A stretch of DNA of 49,933 nt. Source: Flavobacteriales bacterium. GTDB lineage: Bacteria; Bacteroidota; Bacteroidia; Flavobacteriales_D; Sanyastnellaceae. The notes beneath the pieces are model-generated. The model saw nothing but the letters and a program-made list of their open reading frames with translations. It was not told the DNA's origin and did no database searches. The stretch covers positions 1 through 49,933 of the forward strand of contig CANGEF010000001.1 in the NCBI GenBank assembly GCA_947452685.1, written 5' to 3'. A program made the translations under genes and the position numbers. Below are positions 17,525 through 28,673 of this stretch, piece by piece; the stretch's first letter is position 1; every line of letters begins with the position of its first letter.

Positions 17525-19804
17525 ATGAAGCAAATTAAGAGGAAAGAAGCACTCGATTACCACGAGTTAGGAAGGAAAGGAAAGTTGGAAATTGTACCAA
17601 CAAAACCCTACAGTACTCAGCGCGATTTAGCTTTGGCGTATTCACCAGGAGTTGCAGAACCGGTTAAGGCTATTGCTGAAAACATAGACGATGTATACAA
17701 GTATACAGGTAAAGGAAATTTGGTTGCGGTTATTTCCAACGGAACCGCCATTCTAGGTCTTGGGAATCTTGGTCCTGAAGCAAGCAAACCTGTCATGGAA
17801 GGAAAAGGTATGCTCTTCAAAATATTCGCAGATATCGATTCAATTGATATTGAAATGAAGGCAACCGAAGTAGATGATTTCGTGAACACCGTCATCAATA
17901 TTAGCCCAACCTTTGGCGGAATTAACCTGGAAGATATTAAAGCGCCAGAGGCTTTCGAAATTGAAGAACGACTGAAGGAAGCGCTTGATATTCCAATCAT
18001 GCACGACGATCAGCACGGAACAGCAATTATTTCAAGTGCCGCTTTGTTGAATGCATTGGAAATAGCTGGAAAGAAATTAGGTGATATTAAAATAGTTGTT
18101 AGTGGCGCCGGTGCAGCTGCGTTGAGTTGCTTAAACACCATGATAGGTCTCGGTTTAAATCCTGCGAATATTCGCATGTTCGATTCGAAGGGGCTTATCA
18201 ATACCTCACGTGAAGACATAGACCACAGAAAGAAAAGATTTGCAGTAGACTCGAACGAGAAATCGTTAGCAGAGGCTTTAGTGGATGCAGATGTGTTCCT
18301 TGGACTTTCGCAAGGAAATATTGTTTCGCAAGAGATGATAGTATCCATGGCAAGCAATCCGGTTGTGTTCGCTTTGGCAAATCCAGATCCTGAAATTCCG
18401 TATGAGGAGGCCATGGCCGCTCGTCCAGATGTTATTATGGCAACGGGTAGAAGTGACCATCCGAACCAAGTGAATAACGTGCTTGGTTTTCCATTTATCT
18501 TCAGAGGGGCTTTAGACGTTCGCGCTACGAAGATTAACGACGCCATGAAGTTGGCGGCCGTTAAGGCTTTAGCAGAATTGGCCAAGGCAACCGTTCCTGA
18601 AGAAGTTATGGAAGCCTATCACATTACCAGCTTGTCTTTCGGTAAAGATTATATCATTCCAAAACCAAACGACCCACGTTTGCTAGTTGCCGTTTCTACT
18701 GCGGTAGCCAAGGCTGCCATAGAAAGTGGGGTGGCTAAAAACCCAATCACCGACTGGGATGCCTACGCTAGTGAGCTTCTTGGAAGAATGGGAAGAGACA
18801 ATGCACTAACCAGAGGTATTTCAGAACGTGCAAGAAAGGATAAAAAACGTGTTGTTTTTGCCGAAGGAGATAATCCGAAAATACTGAAAGCCGCAGAACA
18901 AGCCAAAGACGACGGTATTGCTATTCCAATTCTTTTGGGAGAGGAATCGAAAATACGCGAACTTATTAGCGAATTCGATTTGGATTTGGCCGATGTTGAG
19001 ATCATTGATCCACGCCTCGAATCTCACAGAGCTGAGAGAGAGAAATATGGAGAGTTCTTTTACCAAAAAAGAATGCGCAAAGGAATTACCAAAACAGAAG
19101 CTTCTCGCATCATGCGCGAACGCAATTATTTTGGCGCAATGATGGTTGAAACGGGTGTTGCAGATGCTATGATTTCTGGAATGACGCGCAATTATGCCAA
19201 AGTTATTCGTCCAGGGTTAGAGACCATTGGAACAGCTAAAGATGTTAAAACGGTTTGTGGAATGTATATCGTACAAACGCCTAAAGGTCCTATGTTTTTC
19301 GCCGACACAACGGTGAACCGTGATCCTACAGCAGAACAATTGGTAGACATTGCGCTTCTTGTAGCCGACGCGGTGACAAAAATGAAAATTGCTCCACGTA
19401 TGGCTATGTTGAGTTATTCAAATTTCGGATCTTCCACGGGGTCTGATCCTGAAAAAGTTGCGAAAGCAGTATCCATGCTTCATCAAAATCATCCGCACTT
19501 AATTGTAGACGGAGAGATTCAAGCCAATTTCGCACTGAATCCAGAAATGAGAAAAGAGAATTTTCCATTTTCAAAACTGGCCGATGCTAAAGTGAACACA
19601 CTTATTTTCCCGAATCTATCTTCCGGAAATATCAGTTATAAAATTCTTCAAGAAGTTGCGGGTATGGAAGTAATAGGCCCCATCTTATTAGGAATGAAGC
19701 GTAGTTACCACATTTTGCAAATGGGTTGTTCCGTGCGTGAAATCGTAAACATGGTTCGCATTGCGGTTGTTGATGCTCAGGCAAAAGGAACCCTAAACAG
19801 ATAA
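17525..19804 (+). CDS. maeB: NADP-dependent malic enzyme (malic enzyme + phosphate-acetyltransferase-like domain)
   Basis: ATG at 17525 (MKQIKRKEALDYHE...GKLEIVPTKPYSTQRDLALAYSPGVAEP). The 21 upstream codons of the track ORF cover the terminator hairpin. About 759 aa with a PTA-like C-terminal half. Confidence 0.9.
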   Translation: MKQIKRKEALDYHELGRKGKLEIVPTKPYSTQRDLALAYSPGVAEPVKAIAENIDDVYKYTGKGNLVAVISNGTAILGLGNLGPEASKPVMEGKGMLFKIFADIDSIDIEMKATEVDDFVNTVINISPTFGGINLEDIKAPEAFEIEERLKEALDIPIMHDDQHGTAIISSAALLNALEIAGKKLGDIKIVVSGAGAAALSCLNTMIGLGLNPANIRMFDSKGLINTSREDIDHRKKRFAVDSNEKSLAEALVDADVFLGLSQGNIVSQEMIVSMASNPVVFALANPDPEIPYEEAMAARPDVIMATGRSDHPNQVNNVLGFPFIFRGALDVRATKINDAMKLAAVKALAELAKATVPEEVMEAYHITSLSFGKDYIIPKPNDPRLLVAVSTAVAKAAIESGVAKNPITDWDAYASELLGRMGRDNALTRGISERARKDKKRVVFAEGDNPKILKAAEQAKDDGIAIPILLGEESKIRELISEFDLDLADVEIIDPRLESHRAEREKYGEFFYQKRMRKGITKTEASRIMRERNYFGAMMVETGVADAMISGMTRNYAKVIRPGLETIGTAKDVKTVCGMYIVQTPKGPMFFADTTVNRDPTAEQLVDIALLVADAVTKMKIAPRMAMLSYSNFGSSTGSDPEKVAKAVSMLHQNHPHLIVDGEIQANFALNPEMRKENFPFSKLADAKVNTLIFPNLSSGNISYKILQEVAGMEVIGPILLGMKRSYHILQMGCSVREIVNMVRIAVVDAQAKGTLNR

Positions 19805-19807
19805 CAT

Positions 19808-20398
19808 ATGCTTTATTCATTAAGAGGACAACTTCAAGAGAAATCACCCGTTCATGCAGTTATAGACTGTAACGGTGTAGGTTATTTTCTGAATATTAGC
19901 TTGGCTACCTACTCGGCCCTTCCAAATAACGGAGAGGTTATGTTATACACGCATCTGCATGTCAATGGAAACGACTTTTCGCTGGTGCTTTATGGCTTTT
20001 ATTCAGATCAGGAAAAGGAGTTATTTAAAAAATTGGTAAGTGTAAGCGGTGTTGGTCCGAATACCGCACGAATGGTCCTTTCTAGCCTCAATGTGAATGA
20101 GCTTATTCACGTAATTGCAAGCAAAGACCTTCCTTCATTAAAACGAATTAAGGGTATTGGTGAAAAAACGGCAGAGCGCATTCTAGTAGACTTGCACAAC
20201 AAAGTGGGAAAGACCGATGGAACTTTTGTAGAAAAAATTGGAGGAATACACAATACCACTCGACAAGACGCGTTAGTGGCACTGTCCCAACTGGGCCTAG
20301 ACAAAACCAAAACTGAAAAAATGTTAGATAAGATTCTTCTAACCAATGGTGATTTGCCGTTGGAAGAACTTATTAAGCAGGTATTGAAACAGATATAG
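19808..20398 (+). CDS. ruvA: Holliday junction branch migration complex subunit RuvA
   Basis: 196 aa. MLYSLRGQL..VIDCNGVGYFLNISL and the HhH motifs LVSVSGVGPNTARMVLS and IKGIGEKTAERI. A 3-nt gap follows maeB. Confidence 0.9.
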   Translation: MLYSLRGQLQEKSPVHAVIDCNGVGYFLNISLATYSALPNNGEVMLYTHLHVNGNDFSLVLYGFYSDQEKELFKKLVSVSGVGPNTARMVLSSLNVNELIHVIASKDLPSLKRIKGIGEKTAERILVDLHNKVGKTDGTFVEKIGGIHNTTRQDALVALSQLGLDKTKTEKMLDKILLTNGDLPLEELIKQVLKQI

Positions 20399-20402
20399 AA
20401 TT

Positions 20403-23400
20403 GTGAAAGAAGTTGTCCTCCGCCTCCTATCAAGAGCCATTTTCGTAATGGCCCTTTGTGTTTCTGGTTGGCTAGCCTGGGCAAATACTTCAGTGGAGAC
20501 AAGAGTTATTGCGAAATCAAATCACAACTTTGTATTTGCCCCAGATACTGTAGCCCCCATCTGGCCAAATGAAGATAACCCTTCCCCAAATGAAGGAAGT
20601 GGTGGAATAGAAATTCCACTTCCAGATAATATTCACTACTCTGTTGAATATAACGCTGCCACCGGCAGATATGAGGTTATTCAAAAAGTTGGTGATAAGT
20701 TCGATTACCGAAGATCTACGACCATGGATATGGGAGATTTCTTAGACTTTCAACTTGATAAAAACGTTTCGAAATACTGGAACAAAATAAAGGACGACAA
20801 GGCTGCCGCAAACAAAGAGTTCGCCCCAGTTATTAAAGTGGGCGGAGATAACTTTGAACATATTTTTGGTTCGAATGAAATCGAAATTCGTCCGCAAGGT
20901 TCTGCAGAAATAACGTTCGGGCTAAACACGCAACGTACCGAGAACCCTCGTATTCCCGAACGCCAGCGGAAAAACACCAACTTCAATTTCGATCAGAAGA
21001 TTCAAATGAATGTTATTGGTAACATTGGTACCAAAATGAAATTGAAGGTGAATTACAACACCGAGAGTACGTTTGAATTCGAGAACAACATGAAGGTGGA
21101 ATACACCGGCGACGAAGATCAGATCATGCGTAAAATTGAGTTGGGAACCGTTGCGCTGCCGCTCAAAGGAAGCTTAATGCCAGGAAGTTTAGGACTTTTC
21201 GGAGCGAAGGTGGAAACACAATGGGGTAGATTAAAAAACACCACCATACTTACGCAACAAAAGGGAGAGCGGAAAGAAATTACCGTACAAGGTGGCGCAC
21301 AGACCACGCGTTTCGATATTGCCGGAGACAACTACGAGGCGAACAGACACTACTTCCTTTCGGGATATTTCCGCGCGAATTATGATAAGGCCCTTTCTGC
21401 GTTGCCCGTTGTAAACAGCGGAGTGAATATTACCCGTATTGAAGTTTGGGTAGTGAATCAACAGGCCAATACACAAGATGTAAGGAACATTTTAGCATTC
21501 ACCGATTTGGGTGAAAATTCCCAATACATGGCAACGGATTACAACAATTCAACCCTCATGAGCCCAGGGCAATTGGAAAATCCAGATAACGAAAACAACA
21601 ACCTTTTTAACGTCGTTACAAACAACCAAAATATTCTTGATTTCTCCAATGCGAACGCGGCCATTCAATCTTTAGGATATGGAATGCGTCAAGGTATTCA
21701 CTACGAACGCGTAGGAAATGCTCGGAAATTGACCCCTTCGGAATACACATACAATGCACGACTTGGATTTATCTCGCTGAAGCAGTCTTTGAATAATGCT
21801 GAGGTATTGGCAGTGTCTTATGAATATACCCTCAATGGTCAAACCTATCAAGTGGGAACACTCTCACAAGACGGTATCGCAGCACCTCAAGCCTTAATGT
21901 TGAAAATGTTGAAGTCTTCCATTACGCTCGTTAAGCTTACCAATGGTGACCCTTCTCCGCTTTGGAGAAACATGATGAAGAACGTCTACAACCTCGAATC
22001 TTTCGGTATTTCTCCTGAAAAATTCAGATTGGAAGTGTGGTATAACAACCCAGCAACCGGCGTAAACATGAATTACATTCCGCGAGAACCTCTCAGTGGA
22101 AAGCTCTTGTTGCAGGTCATGAATCTCGATAGAATTGATGCGCAGCAGATGCTGGGGAGCGATGGATTCTTTGACTTCGTGCCTAACGCGGCTACTTCAG
22201 GCGGATTAATAGACGCATCTTCCGGAAGGGTTTTCTTCCCGGTAGTAGAACCATTCGGAACACACTTGTCCGATAAAATTTATGAAGGCCTAGGAAACAC
22301 TCCGCAAGCAGCGCAAGTCGTTTCGCAAGTGGTTTTTCAAGCGTTGTATGATTCAACAAAAACCGCAGCGCAAATCGGATTCCCGCAGTTGAATCGCTTT
22401 CGAATTAAAGGAGAATACCAAAGCGCTTCAGGTTCAGAAATTTCCTTGAATGCGTTGAATATTCCACAAGGTGCCGTTACTGTAACAGCAGGCGGAATGA
22501 GACTTACAGAGGGAACCGACTTTACAGTGAACTACAACTTGGGTAAGGTTACCATTCTCAACGAAAGTATCATGAGCTCCGGGCAGCCCATAAAAGTTTC
22601 GGTAGAAAGTAACTCCATGTTCAACCTTCAATATAAAACGTTGTTGGGAAGTAGATTCGATTACAAGTTCTCAGACAACTTGGCTATGGGGGCCACCTTA
22701 ATGAATTTGAAAGAAAGACCTTTGACACAAAAGGTAAATGCAGGAGATGATCCCGTGAACAACGCCATGATCGGTTTCGATATGAATTTCCAAAAGGAAG
22801 TTCCAATCATCACGAAATGGATTGATCGAATTCCAGGAATTCAAACCAAAGAAAAATCTACCGTAAACTTTAGCCTTGAAGCAGCAAAAATTTTCCCAGG
22901 TCACTCTAAGGCCATTTCGAAAGATGGAAATGCCTACGTAGATGATTTTGAAGGAAGCCAAAGTGTAATCGATTTGCGCTCGTTAAACCAATGGTTCATG
23001 GCCTCTACACCCAAATTACAATCGTCACTTTTCCCAGAAGGAGATTTTGAAGACAGTTTGGTTTACGGAGCGAATCGCGCACAATTGTCCTGGTATATCA
23101 TTGACCCGTTGTTCTACAGAAACAGTTCTTACACCCCGCCGAACATTACTGCCGACATGCAAAGCGATCACCGCATGCGCGAAGTGTTAGAATCTGAAGT
23201 GTTTCCGAACAGACAGTTACCATCTGGAACCCCTCCGAATATTACGTGTCTCGATTTGACTTATTATCCTGAAGAAAGGGGAATGTACAATTTCGAAATG
23301 CCAAACGGTTATGCTGGTCGAAGCGCTGGATTGAACGACAACGGGACGCTTAAAGATCCGGCCTCTCGTTGGGGAGGAATTCAGCGTGCATTAACAACAA

Positions 23401-26400
23401 CTGACTTCGAGACTTCAAACGTTCAATTCATTCAATTTTGGGTAATGGATCCGTTCAACGAAGATTCAGAAAACACACAAGGTGGAGATCTCTATTTTAA
23501 CTTAGGAAACGTTTCGGAAGATGTCATGAACGACTCGCACATGAGCTTCGAGAATGGTTTTCCATCTGCCACCAACAATTTACCCATTGAACAAGGCACA
23601 TGGGGAAATTATCCTTCGCCAACAACCTTCAACGTTGTGAACGCCTTTGATTACACTTCCGGAAATTATCACAACCAAGATATCGGAATAGACGGATTGA
23701 ATTCAGCAGATGAACAATCTTATTTCTCAACATGGCTGTTGCAGCTTCAGGGATTTCTTACACCGGATGCCTATGCTAAATATTTGCAAGACCCCTCTGC
23801 AGACAACTTCAGCTACTTCAGAAGTTCTCAGGCAGATGCTGCAGATTTGAATACACTTCAACGCTACAAGAATTACAACCGCTACGAAGGGAATTCAAAT
23901 ACAGATACTCCTGATGGTTACCCTATCGCAGCCACCACCATTCCGAACTCGGAGGATATAAACCAAGACATTACCCTGAACACCATTGAGAGTTACTTCC
24001 AATACAAAGTAAGTCTTCGTCCAGGTGATTTAGGAGATGCGAATTTGGGAAGGAATTACATTACCGACACCTTCGTAACAACCAAGACTACAGCGAACAA
24101 CGAGGAACGACAAATTCGCTGGTATCAATTTAAAATTCCAATTAAAGAATTTGAAAAACGGGTGGGAAGTATTCCAGATTTTCGTTCAATCAGATACATT
24201 CGAATGTTCCTAAAGGGCTGGGAAGAACCCGTAACCTTGCGTTTCGCGCGATTAGAATTGGTAAGAGGTGAATGGAGAAAATACGACTACACTTTAGCTG
24301 GAAATCAAGAGCAAGAAATAAACGATGATCCGCAAACGACCTTCAGTATTGCGGCTGTGAACATTGAAGAAAACGGAAATCGCGAGCCGGTGCCTTATGT
24401 CGTTCCACCAGGAATCATTCGCGAACAAGACGTAGCTTCAGCAAACTTGAGAAACTTAAATGAACAGGCCCTCTCGTTAAGCGTGTGCAACTTAAAAGAT
24501 GGCGATGCACGTGCAACCTACAGAAATGTTAAATACGATTTACGTCAGTACAAACGTCTGCGCATGTTCGCTCACGCCGAAGCGGCTGGCATTCAATCGG
24601 ATTTAAAAGACGACGATGTTACTGTGTTTATTCGCTTGGGTTCAGACTTCGATCAGAACTATTACGAGTACGAAGTGCCCATGAGCGTTACACCGTGGCA
24701 CACGAACAACGACAATGAGATATGGCCAGTAGAGAACAATTTCGACATTAAACTATCTGATTTACAAAACCTGAAAATCAATAGACCTTCGACAACGTCA
24801 GTTCTTTCTGTTGTAGATACAATTCTAGACAATAACATTCACCTCTCAGTTAAAGGAAATCCAAACTTAGCGAATGTAACTACCCTTATGATTGGTGTGC
24901 GAAACCCCGACAAGGATACCAATCCGTTTGGGGTTCCTGATGATGGGAAAGGAAAATGCACAATCGTTTGGGTGAATGAGTTAAGACTCTCTGAATTCGA
25001 CGAGAAATCAGGGTCTGCAGCTATTGCGCGATTGAATGCACAACTTGCAGATTTTGGAAATGTAGCGGTTTCAGGAAACATAAGTACACCCGGTTGGGGA
25101 GCCATTGAACAGCGTGTTCAACAAAGGCAACAAGAAACTAAAATGGGACTCGATGCAAGTAGCACTTTGCAGTTGGGTAAATTTTTCCCGAAAGATTGGG
25201 GCGTTCAATTGCCTATGTATTTAGGCTTCTCTGAAAATGTTCAAACGCCACGGTACAGCCCTCTTCAACCCGATATTCAAATGACTGATTTACCAACCTT
25301 GAACAGTCCACTTAAGCACAAGTCACAAACCTTTACCAAACGCAGAAGTATCAACTTCACCAATGTAAAAATTGCCCCGAAAAAAGGCGCCTCGGCAGAC
25401 AAGGGAGTTGGATTGCCAAGTGCTGAAGACAAAGGAAAGCCGGGAACGCAAACGGCACCGCCAAGCACCGATAAACCTAAGTTTTATGGAATTGACAACT
25501 TCTCGGTTTCATACGCCTACAATGAAACTTATTTCCGAGACATCAATACAGACTGGCGATTGCAAAAACAATATCAAGGTGCTTTCGATTACAGCTTCAC
25601 GAATAAACCGAAAGAGTTTAAGCCTTTGGCTAATCTCCCAATTATAAAAACTTCGAAGTACTTAAAGTGGTTAAAAGAGTTCAACTTCTATGCGGGTATT
25701 AAGCAAATGAGTTTCAGAACGGAAATGAATCGTTCTTATGAAACAAGCCGTATCCGTAATAACTCATTGGAGTTAACGGGTGTATACAGCGACATGCTTA
25801 TTCAAACACAGGCACAAAAGAATTGGAATTGGACGCGGAACTATTCAGTGAAATACGACATTACAAAGAATTTGAAAACAGATTTTACCGCAAGCAATTT
25901 GGCGCTTGTTGGCGAACCGAGAGGGGTAATTAACAAGACGAATGTCGATTGGTACCAGTCATACAAAGATTCTGTTTGGAGCAACATTCAACATTTCGGA
26001 GAGACTACCACTTACAACCACAACGTTGGAGTTACCTATAAGCTTCCTTTGGATAAATTTCCTTTGTTGAATTTCATGAGCGCAGATGCACGATACGGCG
26101 GAACTTTCCGTTGGGACCGTGCGCCATTCACCCAAGATACCTTAGGAAACACCATTCAGAATAGTCGACAAATTCAATTGAATGCCCAAGGGAATTTCGA
26201 GACGTTGTACAACAATGTTCCGCGATTGAAGCAAGCCCTTACAGGAAAGAAACCAGACACAGGTAAAAAGGACGCGGGTAAGAAAGACGACCCGACCAAG
26301 AAAGATGGTTTTGGTGACGATTTGACGAAAAAAGATAAAAAGGAAAAAGTAGATCCTTTGGACGTTGCACTTCGCTTGATTATGATGGTGAGGACAGTGA

Positions 26401-27824
26401 ATGGAAGTTACACTAAAAATGAAGGGCTCTTGCTTCCGGGATATGCCAATTCAACCAATGTTCTCGGTTTTGACAATCAGTTTAACGGTCCCGGAATTGG
26501 ATTCTTAGTCGGGCAGCAAAATACCGATTTAATGGGCAATCCAACGGGTCGAAATTTCGCAACAGATGCGGCCAACAACAATTGGTTGGTTCAACAACAA
26601 TCCTTGAACATTCAATACAACGAAACATTCAACGAGACTTGGAATGCGAAAATGAATTTAGAGCCTTTCCGTTATTTCAAAATAGAGCTGTCGGCAACCA
26701 GACAAGAGGGCAAGAATTACAATTCATTCTTCCGTTATGATCCAACGGTTGACAATTATGTCTTCCAGTCTCCCATGGAAACAGGAAACTTCTCAGCATC
26801 AATAATTACCTGGAATACAGCATTCATTAAAGACGATAAGCAGAACAATTATGCGAGTCCAATCTTCGATCAATTGCTCGCTAACAGAAAAGAAATTTCA
26901 AGTCGTTGGAACAACGAAACCTACCAACTTGCAAATCCGAATGATTCGGGCTACTACAGTGGATTCGGTTCGCTATCACAAAATGTAATTATCCCATCGT
27001 TTATTGCCGCCTACACGGGTCGTTCAGCCAGCGATGTGGCATTGAACCCTTTTGCAACGAAAGCGCAACCGAACTGGAAAGTTACCTACGACGGATTGAC
27101 TAAATTACCTTCAATAAAAAAGTACTTTAAGCAATTCAACATCACACACAATTATCGTTCGACGGCTACAGCTTCCTACATCACAAATTTGAAGTACGAA
27201 GAGTTTAACCACATGCCAACGGCAATAGACCAGAGTGCTCAGCAGAACTATTTTGCACAACATCAGATAGGAACAGTTACCATGACTGAATCAATGTCGC
27301 CACTGGTAGGATTTGACATGACCTTGAAAACGAAAAAGGTGAACGATCCATTAATTAAGTTGGAATACAAACGTGATCGCACCATAGCATTGGGAATGGC
27401 CAACTATCAAATTACAGAAACGAAGAGCAATAGCTTTGTAATTGGATTAGGGTATAAGATTACCGATGTGCCAAATCCATTTGGAAGGAAAAAAGGAAGC
27501 AAGCTACCTGTTAAACTTCTCGATAAATCAACGTTGAATCTTCGTGTAGATTTCACAGTACGTGATAACTTCACCTTAATTCGAAAAATTGAAGAACAAC
27601 AGAACCAAGTCACAGCAGGACAAACGTTGTTCAGCGTGAAGTCCAGTGCCGATATGGCCATTAGCGATAAGCTTACACTAAGATTCTTCTACGATCACCA
27701 AATCAACAAGCCCGCAATCTCTACAAGCTTCCAAACTTCAAATATTTCAACAGGTTTGGCCATTCGCTTTACCCTCAACGGATCGGGTGGTTCCAATACA
27801 GCTCAACCTCAAAGCGGCCAATAG
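20403..27824 (+). CDS. sprA: T9SS outer-membrane translocon / cell-surface gliding protein SprA (Sov)
   Basis: 2473 aa, the size class of SprA. GTG start at 20403 with a signal-like N-terminus. Giant beta-barrel-type sequence with characteristic low-complexity Lys/Asp loops (KKPDTGKKDAGKKDDPTKKD). The rest of the T9SS genes lie in the same window. Confidence 0.9.
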   Translation: MKEVVLRLLSRAIFVMALCVSGWLAWANTSVETRVIAKSNHNFVFAPDTVAPIWPNEDNPSPNEGSGGIEIPLPDNIHYSVEYNAATGRYEVIQKVGDKFDYRRSTTMDMGDFLDFQLDKNVSKYWNKIKDDKAAANKEFAPVIKVGGDNFEHIFGSNEIEIRPQGSAEITFGLNTQRTENPRIPERQRKNTNFNFDQKIQMNVIGNIGTKMKLKVNYNTESTFEFENNMKVEYTGDEDQIMRKIELGTVALPLKGSLMPGSLGLFGAKVETQWGRLKNTTILTQQKGERKEITVQGGAQTTRFDIAGDNYEANRHYFLSGYFRANYDKALSALPVVNSGVNITRIEVWVVNQQANTQDVRNILAFTDLGENSQYMATDYNNSTLMSPGQLENPDNENNNLFNVVTNNQNILDFSNANAAIQSLGYGMRQGIHYERVGNARKLTPSEYTYNARLGFISLKQSLNNAEVLAVSYEYTLNGQTYQVGTLSQDGIAAPQALMLKMLKSSITLVKLTNGDPSPLWRNMMKNVYNLESFGISPEKFRLEVWYNNPATGVNMNYIPREPLSGKLLLQVMNLDRIDAQQMLGSDGFFDFVPNAATSGGLIDASSGRVFFPVVEPFGTHLSDKIYEGLGNTPQAAQVVSQVVFQALYDSTKTAAQIGFPQLNRFRIKGEYQSASGSEISLNALNIPQGAVTVTAGGMRLTEGTDFTVNYNLGKVTILNESIMSSGQPIKVSVESNSMFNLQYKTLLGSRFDYKFSDNLAMGATLMNLKERPLTQKVNAGDDPVNNAMIGFDMNFQKEVPIITKWIDRIPGIQTKEKSTVNFSLEAAKIFPGHSKAISKDGNAYVDDFEGSQSVIDLRSLNQWFMASTPKLQSSLFPEGDFEDSLVYGANRAQLSWYIIDPLFYRNSSYTPPNITADMQSDHRMREVLESEVFPNRQLPSGTPPNITCLDLTYYPEERGMYNFEMPNGYAGRSAGLNDNGTLKDPASRWGGIQRALTTTDFETSNVQFIQFWVMDPFNEDSENTQGGDLYFNLGNVSEDVMNDSHMSFENGFPSATNNLPIEQGTWGNYPSPTTFNVVNAFDYTSGNYHNQDIGIDGLNSADEQSYFSTWLLQLQGFLTPDAYAKYLQDPSADNFSYFRSSQADAADLNTLQRYKNYNRYEGNSNTDTPDGYPIAATTIPNSEDINQDITLNTIESYFQYKVSLRPGDLGDANLGRNYITDTFVTTKTTANNEERQIRWYQFKIPIKEFEKRVGSIPDFRSIRYIRMFLKGWEEPVTLRFARLELVRGEWRKYDYTLAGNQEQEINDDPQTTFSIAAVNIEENGNREPVPYVVPPGIIREQDVASANLRNLNEQALSLSVCNLKDGDARATYRNVKYDLRQYKRLRMFAHAEAAGIQSDLKDDDVTVFIRLGSDFDQNYYEYEVPMSVTPWHTNNDNEIWPVENNFDIKLSDLQNLKINRPSTTSVLSVVDTILDNNIHLSVKGNPNLANVTTLMIGVRNPDKDTNPFGVPDDGKGKCTIVWVNELRLSEFDEKSGSAAIARLNAQLADFGNVAVSGNISTPGWGAIEQRVQQRQQETKMGLDASSTLQLGKFFPKDWGVQLPMYLGFSENVQTPRYSPLQPDIQMTDLPTLNSPLKHKSQTFTKRRSINFTNVKIAPKKGASADKGVGLPSAEDKGKPGTQTAPPSTDKPKFYGIDNFSVSYAYNETYFRDINTDWRLQKQYQGAFDYSFTNKPKEFKPLANLPIIKTSKYLKWLKEFNFYAGIKQMSFRTEMNRSYETSRIRNNSLELTGVYSDMLIQTQAQKNWNWTRNYSVKYDITKNLKTDFTASNLALVGEPRGVINKTNVDWYQSYKDSVWSNIQHFGETTTYNHNVGVTYKLPLDKFPLLNFMSADARYGGTFRWDRAPFTQDTLGNTIQNSRQIQLNAQGNFETLYNNVPRLKQALTGKKPDTGKKDAGKKDDPTKKDGFGDDLTKKDKKEKVDPLDVALRLIMMVRTVNGSYTKNEGLLLPGYANSTNVLGFDNQFNGPGIGFLVGQQNTDLMGNPTGRNFATDAANNNWLVQQQSLNIQYNETFNETWNAKMNLEPFRYFKIELSATRQEGKNYNSFFRYDPTVDNYVFQSPMETGNFSASIITWNTAFIKDDKQNNYASPIFDQLLANRKEISSRWNNETYQLANPNDSGYYSGFGSLSQNVIIPSFIAAYTGRSASDVALNPFATKAQPNWKVTYDGLTKLPSIKKYFKQFNITHNYRSTATASYITNLKYEEFNHMPTAIDQSAQQNYFAQHQIGTVTMTESMSPLVGFDMTLKTKKVNDPLIKLEYKRDRTIALGMANYQITETKSNSFVIGLGYKITDVPNPFGRKKGSKLPVKLLDKSTLNLRVDFTVRDNFTLIRKIEEQQNQVTAGQTLFSVKSSADMAISDKLTLRFFYDHQINKPAISTSFQTSNISTGLAIRFTLNGSGGSNTAQPQSGQ

Positions 27825-27916
27825 AACCTGGCAGTGCTGAACCAAACATGGAGTTTTACAAGTTTTGAGTAGGTTAAATGTTAATTTGGCGTTAAGTTCG
27901 TTTTTAATATTATCCG

Positions 27917-28669
27917 GTGAGCGAAATTGAAAATACAATAGCTGAATTCATTCCTATCTCCTTGCAAGAAATGGATGGGGTAGAATTAATGAATCGAACA
28001 GACACGAAATTCGTGGTCTCACTCGAACAGCTAATTTCAATTCTCCAAGAGGTAAAGAACACCTATCGAATTTTGGAAATAGACGGTGTGAGATTCAGTC
28101 GATACGAGACGTTGTATTACGATACCGATGATTTCCTTTTCTATACTCGCCACCACAACGGTAAACGAAACCGATGGAAAATCAGGAAGCGTTCGTACGT
28201 AGAGAGTAGCATCAGTTTCCTTGAATTGAAATTCAAAACCAACAGAGGTAGAACTCAGAAGCAACGCACCGCCATTCCAGACGTAAGTTTAGCCTTGAAT
28301 AACGACGAAGAGAGTTTCATAGGTTTGAGGTCTGGCCTCGATTTGAATTTGATTCCACAATTGAAAAACGGATTCACTCGCATTACGCTTGTTGAACCCA
28401 GTTTGCCAGAGAGAATTACCATTGACTTAGAACTTACCTTTGAATGGAACGCCCAAATAAAAGCGTTGAAGCAAATTGTAATTGTTGAAGTAAAACAAGA
28501 AAAAAGAAATCGGCTGTCTCCTTTTGTTCAAGCCCTTAAAAAAAAGCATGTTCGAGAGATAAGCATAAGTAAATACTGCATTGGCATAGCTATGCTTGTT
28601 CCCTTCGTGAAAAAAAATAATTTCAAGGAAAAGCTAATAAAATTGAATAAATTAGAATCAATAAAATAA
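27917..28669 (+). CDS. VTC-domain (polyphosphate polymerase-like, triphosphate tunnel metalloenzyme fold) protein
   Basis: 250 aa with a GTG start. MNRTDTKFVV, RYETLYYDT, RHHNGKRNRWKIRKRSY, LELKFK and IVEVKQEK: alternating basic/acidic beta-strand residues typical of the VTC/CYTH tunnel. Confidence 0.7.
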   Translation: MSEIENTIAEFIPISLQEMDGVELMNRTDTKFVVSLEQLISILQEVKNTYRILEIDGVRFSRYETLYYDTDDFLFYTRHHNGKRNRWKIRKRSYVESSISFLELKFKTNRGRTQKQRTAIPDVSLALNNDEESFIGLRSGLDLNLIPQLKNGFTRITLVEPSLPERITIDLELTFEWNAQIKALKQIVIVEVKQEKRNRLSPFVQALKKKHVREISISKYCIGIAMLVPFVKKNNFKEKLIKLNKLESIK

Positions 28670-28673
28670 TATC

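Noticed and set aside
18010-18585. A 191-aa minus-strand ORF inside maeB. Similar antisense ORFs lie at 17617..18000, 544..1080, 4259..4738, 20107..20502, 32373..32816 and 35232..35534.
   Set aside because: All lie fully within, and antisense to, strongly supported conserved genes (maeB, ppiD, barrel, ruvA/sprA, ABC, groEL). None has a recognisable motif or start context.
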